21,122 nt of DNA, taken from assembly GCF_006345805.1 (NCBI RefSeq), contig NW_021823781.1, positions 1-21,122 on the forward strand, in the 5' to 3' direction. Numbering within the stretch: position 1 is the first letter of the stretch; every line of letters starts with the position of its first letter. Origin of the DNA: Octopus sinensis (lineage: Eukaryota). The position numbers and the translations under genes were made by a program. The notes beneath the pieces were generated by a model, which was given only the letters and a program-made list of their open reading frames with translations, searched no databases and had not been told where the DNA came from. Of this stretch, positions 19,165 to 21,122 are shown piece by piece.

Positions 19165-19211
19165 TATATATATATATATATATGTTATGTATATATATAT
19201 ATATATATATA

Positions 19212-19253
<42 letters not shown>

Positions 19254-19270
19254 ATATATTATATATATAT

Positions 19271-19436
19271 TGTTATATTTCGGAATGGTCATATTGCCAG
19301 TTTAGCCAATAAAAACATACGCACTATATATTTGGTGTTATTTTGCTTCAGTGATATTTATTTTTTACATTAATCTTAATCTTATTTCGGCCAAAGTTCT
19401 TTCGTCACACTCCTGTGACCGTATCAGTGGTCCTTT
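19271..19436 (-). repeat. Inverted pLTR piece of the second PLE, with a hammerhead-like motif at ~19388-19433 on the minus strand
   Basis: The reverse complement of 19419-19436 (AAAGGACCACTGATACGG) matches 21105-21122 (AAAGGACCACTGATGCGG) at 17/18. The minus strand reads GGACCA-CTGATAC-G-GTCAC(AGGAGT)GTGAC-GAAAG(AA)CTT-TGGCC. Confidence 0.6.
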
Positions 19437-20583
19437 TTTACTCTCGCTATGTTGATGATATCAACATAGTAGTAAAGGCACCCCCACAAGAGAGTAATGT
19501 TGATATAGTAATAGAAACTAATACTATGGAGAGCATCCAGCAAATAGCTAACTCCATCCACCAGAGTATTAAGGTCACAATAGACTACCCCACTAAACAC
19601 CCCAACCATAGACTACCAGTACTAGTCACTGAACTCTGGCTAGAAATTGTGAAAAATAAAACCCAAATCCTTCATTCATACTATGCAAAACCTATGGCCT
19701 CAAAATACCTGATCCACCGGAACTCAGCCTTGCGGGCAATGCCAAATTCATATTTTGATGGCAGACCTCGTCAGAATAATGAGAAATGTGTCACGCATGT
19801 GCGAGCCTACAGAATTAAAGCGACACATACAGTATTTCATTCACCGCATGCAGTTCTCAGGTTACAGCCATAAAGAAAGGATCAGAGTATACAAAGGAGC
19901 CATGAAGAAATTTGATAATATATTATGTAATGATAGGAATGGGATTTGCCCAATCTATAGGAACAAGTCATGGAACACTATAGAAAGGACCAAAAAGAAA
20001 ATGGGGAAGGCCAACTCTTGGTATGATAGCCATAAATACCAGAGGTGTCATGTTCGTTGACACCACCCCTGGAGGTGAACTGGCGTACCGCTTTAGAAGG
20101 ACCCTAGATAACTTAAACTAAGAATTAAGGTTGTTGAAAAGCCAGGCAACCTATCAAATCTATAATTGGTAGAACCTATCCTTTTAGTAGAACCCTCTGT
20201 ACGGATAACTATTGCACTGTATGTAGATTTAGTCCACAAACAAAATGTAAGCCAGAAATGTAGTCTATAGTATAAGATGTATAGAGGGACGATGCAGTCA
20301 GTAAAAGACAGTAACATACGTAGGGGAAACAGCAAGAAGCATAGAGAGCGCGGTGAATGAACATTGGAGACAACTCAAGGAAGGTAAAAGCTCATCGATT
20401 CTGTACCAACATGCCGAACAGGAACACGGGGGATCAATCAATAACATAGAGATTAAGATATTGTCCACACATAGAACAGATGCAACAATTAGACAAATTA
20501 CAGAAGCTACACATACAATAGAAAATAAACCTAGCCTGAATAGAAAACTAGAATGGAGCAATAGCACACACCACAACATATGA
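19437..20583 (+). pseudogene. 5'-truncated PLE of a second lineage: RT (YVDD onward) + GIY-YIG endonuclease, frameshifted
   Basis: SRYVDD (19442-19459), [74 protein letters not shown] and a stop at 20581-20583. The 3' UTR with (TA)n continues to the window end. Confidence 0.85.
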
Positions 20584-20673
20584 CGATAGAGGATCCTGAA
20601 AAACATAATAAATACACAGAAAAATAAACCAATAGAAATGTATAACTATATATATGTATATATATATATGTAT

Positions 20674-20705
<32 letters not shown>

Positions 20706-21122
20706 GGTATATGTGTGTGTATGGGTATATATATGTTGTAATATATATATATATATATTATATATATATATGTATATATATATTTTTTTTTCGATTAGAT
20801 TTATTATATTATTACTAATATTGTTGTTATACAACATACAAGCATATGTACTGATAATAATGAGTGGATGTAAACACATGAACAAAATTAGAACAAAAGC
20901 AACAACAAAAACAAAATACAAATTACAAGAATGTATATAAACAGAAGATACAAATATTACAGGCATGATGCTTTGGCCACACACACACTAAATAAACATA
21001 GACGCACATAGAGATATATAAGCATGCACAAATGAAGACATACAATAGAAATACAAAATGGCTGACGGTTAGTAAGGAGAGACACAAATAAGTGAGAAGA
21101 AAACAAAGGACCACTGATGCGG

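Overview
AT-rich, non-genic eukaryotic DNA made almost entirely of transposons and (TA)n/(CA)n microsatellites. The SINE families look like those of octopod cephalopods; this is recognition from memory, not a database result. The main feature is a ~9.15-kb Penelope-like retroelement (PLE) insertion at 2397-11546. It consists of an inverted 3' copy, a 2.5-kb direct repeat (pseudo-LTR), a frameshifted RT + GIY-YIG ORF (5976-8482) and a second 2.5-kb repeat. Each repeat copy carries a minimal hammerhead ribozyme (HHR), and both ends lie in (TA)n. Four further unrelated elements show the same hammerhead-plus-inversion layout: a tRNA-headed SINE-like element (1000-1407), two short foldback elements (11568-12009, 12190-12655) and a second, 5'-truncated YVDD-type PLE (19271-21122, running off the window). 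Also present are a CR1-type LINE 3' fragment, a decayed Tc1 (DD34E) transposon, several tRNA-derived SINEs, a tRNA-Asp pseudogene with a GTC>GTT anticodon change, a U2 snRNA-like fragment and a diverged 182-bp duplication. No host protein-coding exon could be supported. All alignments were done by eye, so boundaries in AT-rich sequence are approximate (about +/-10 nt).
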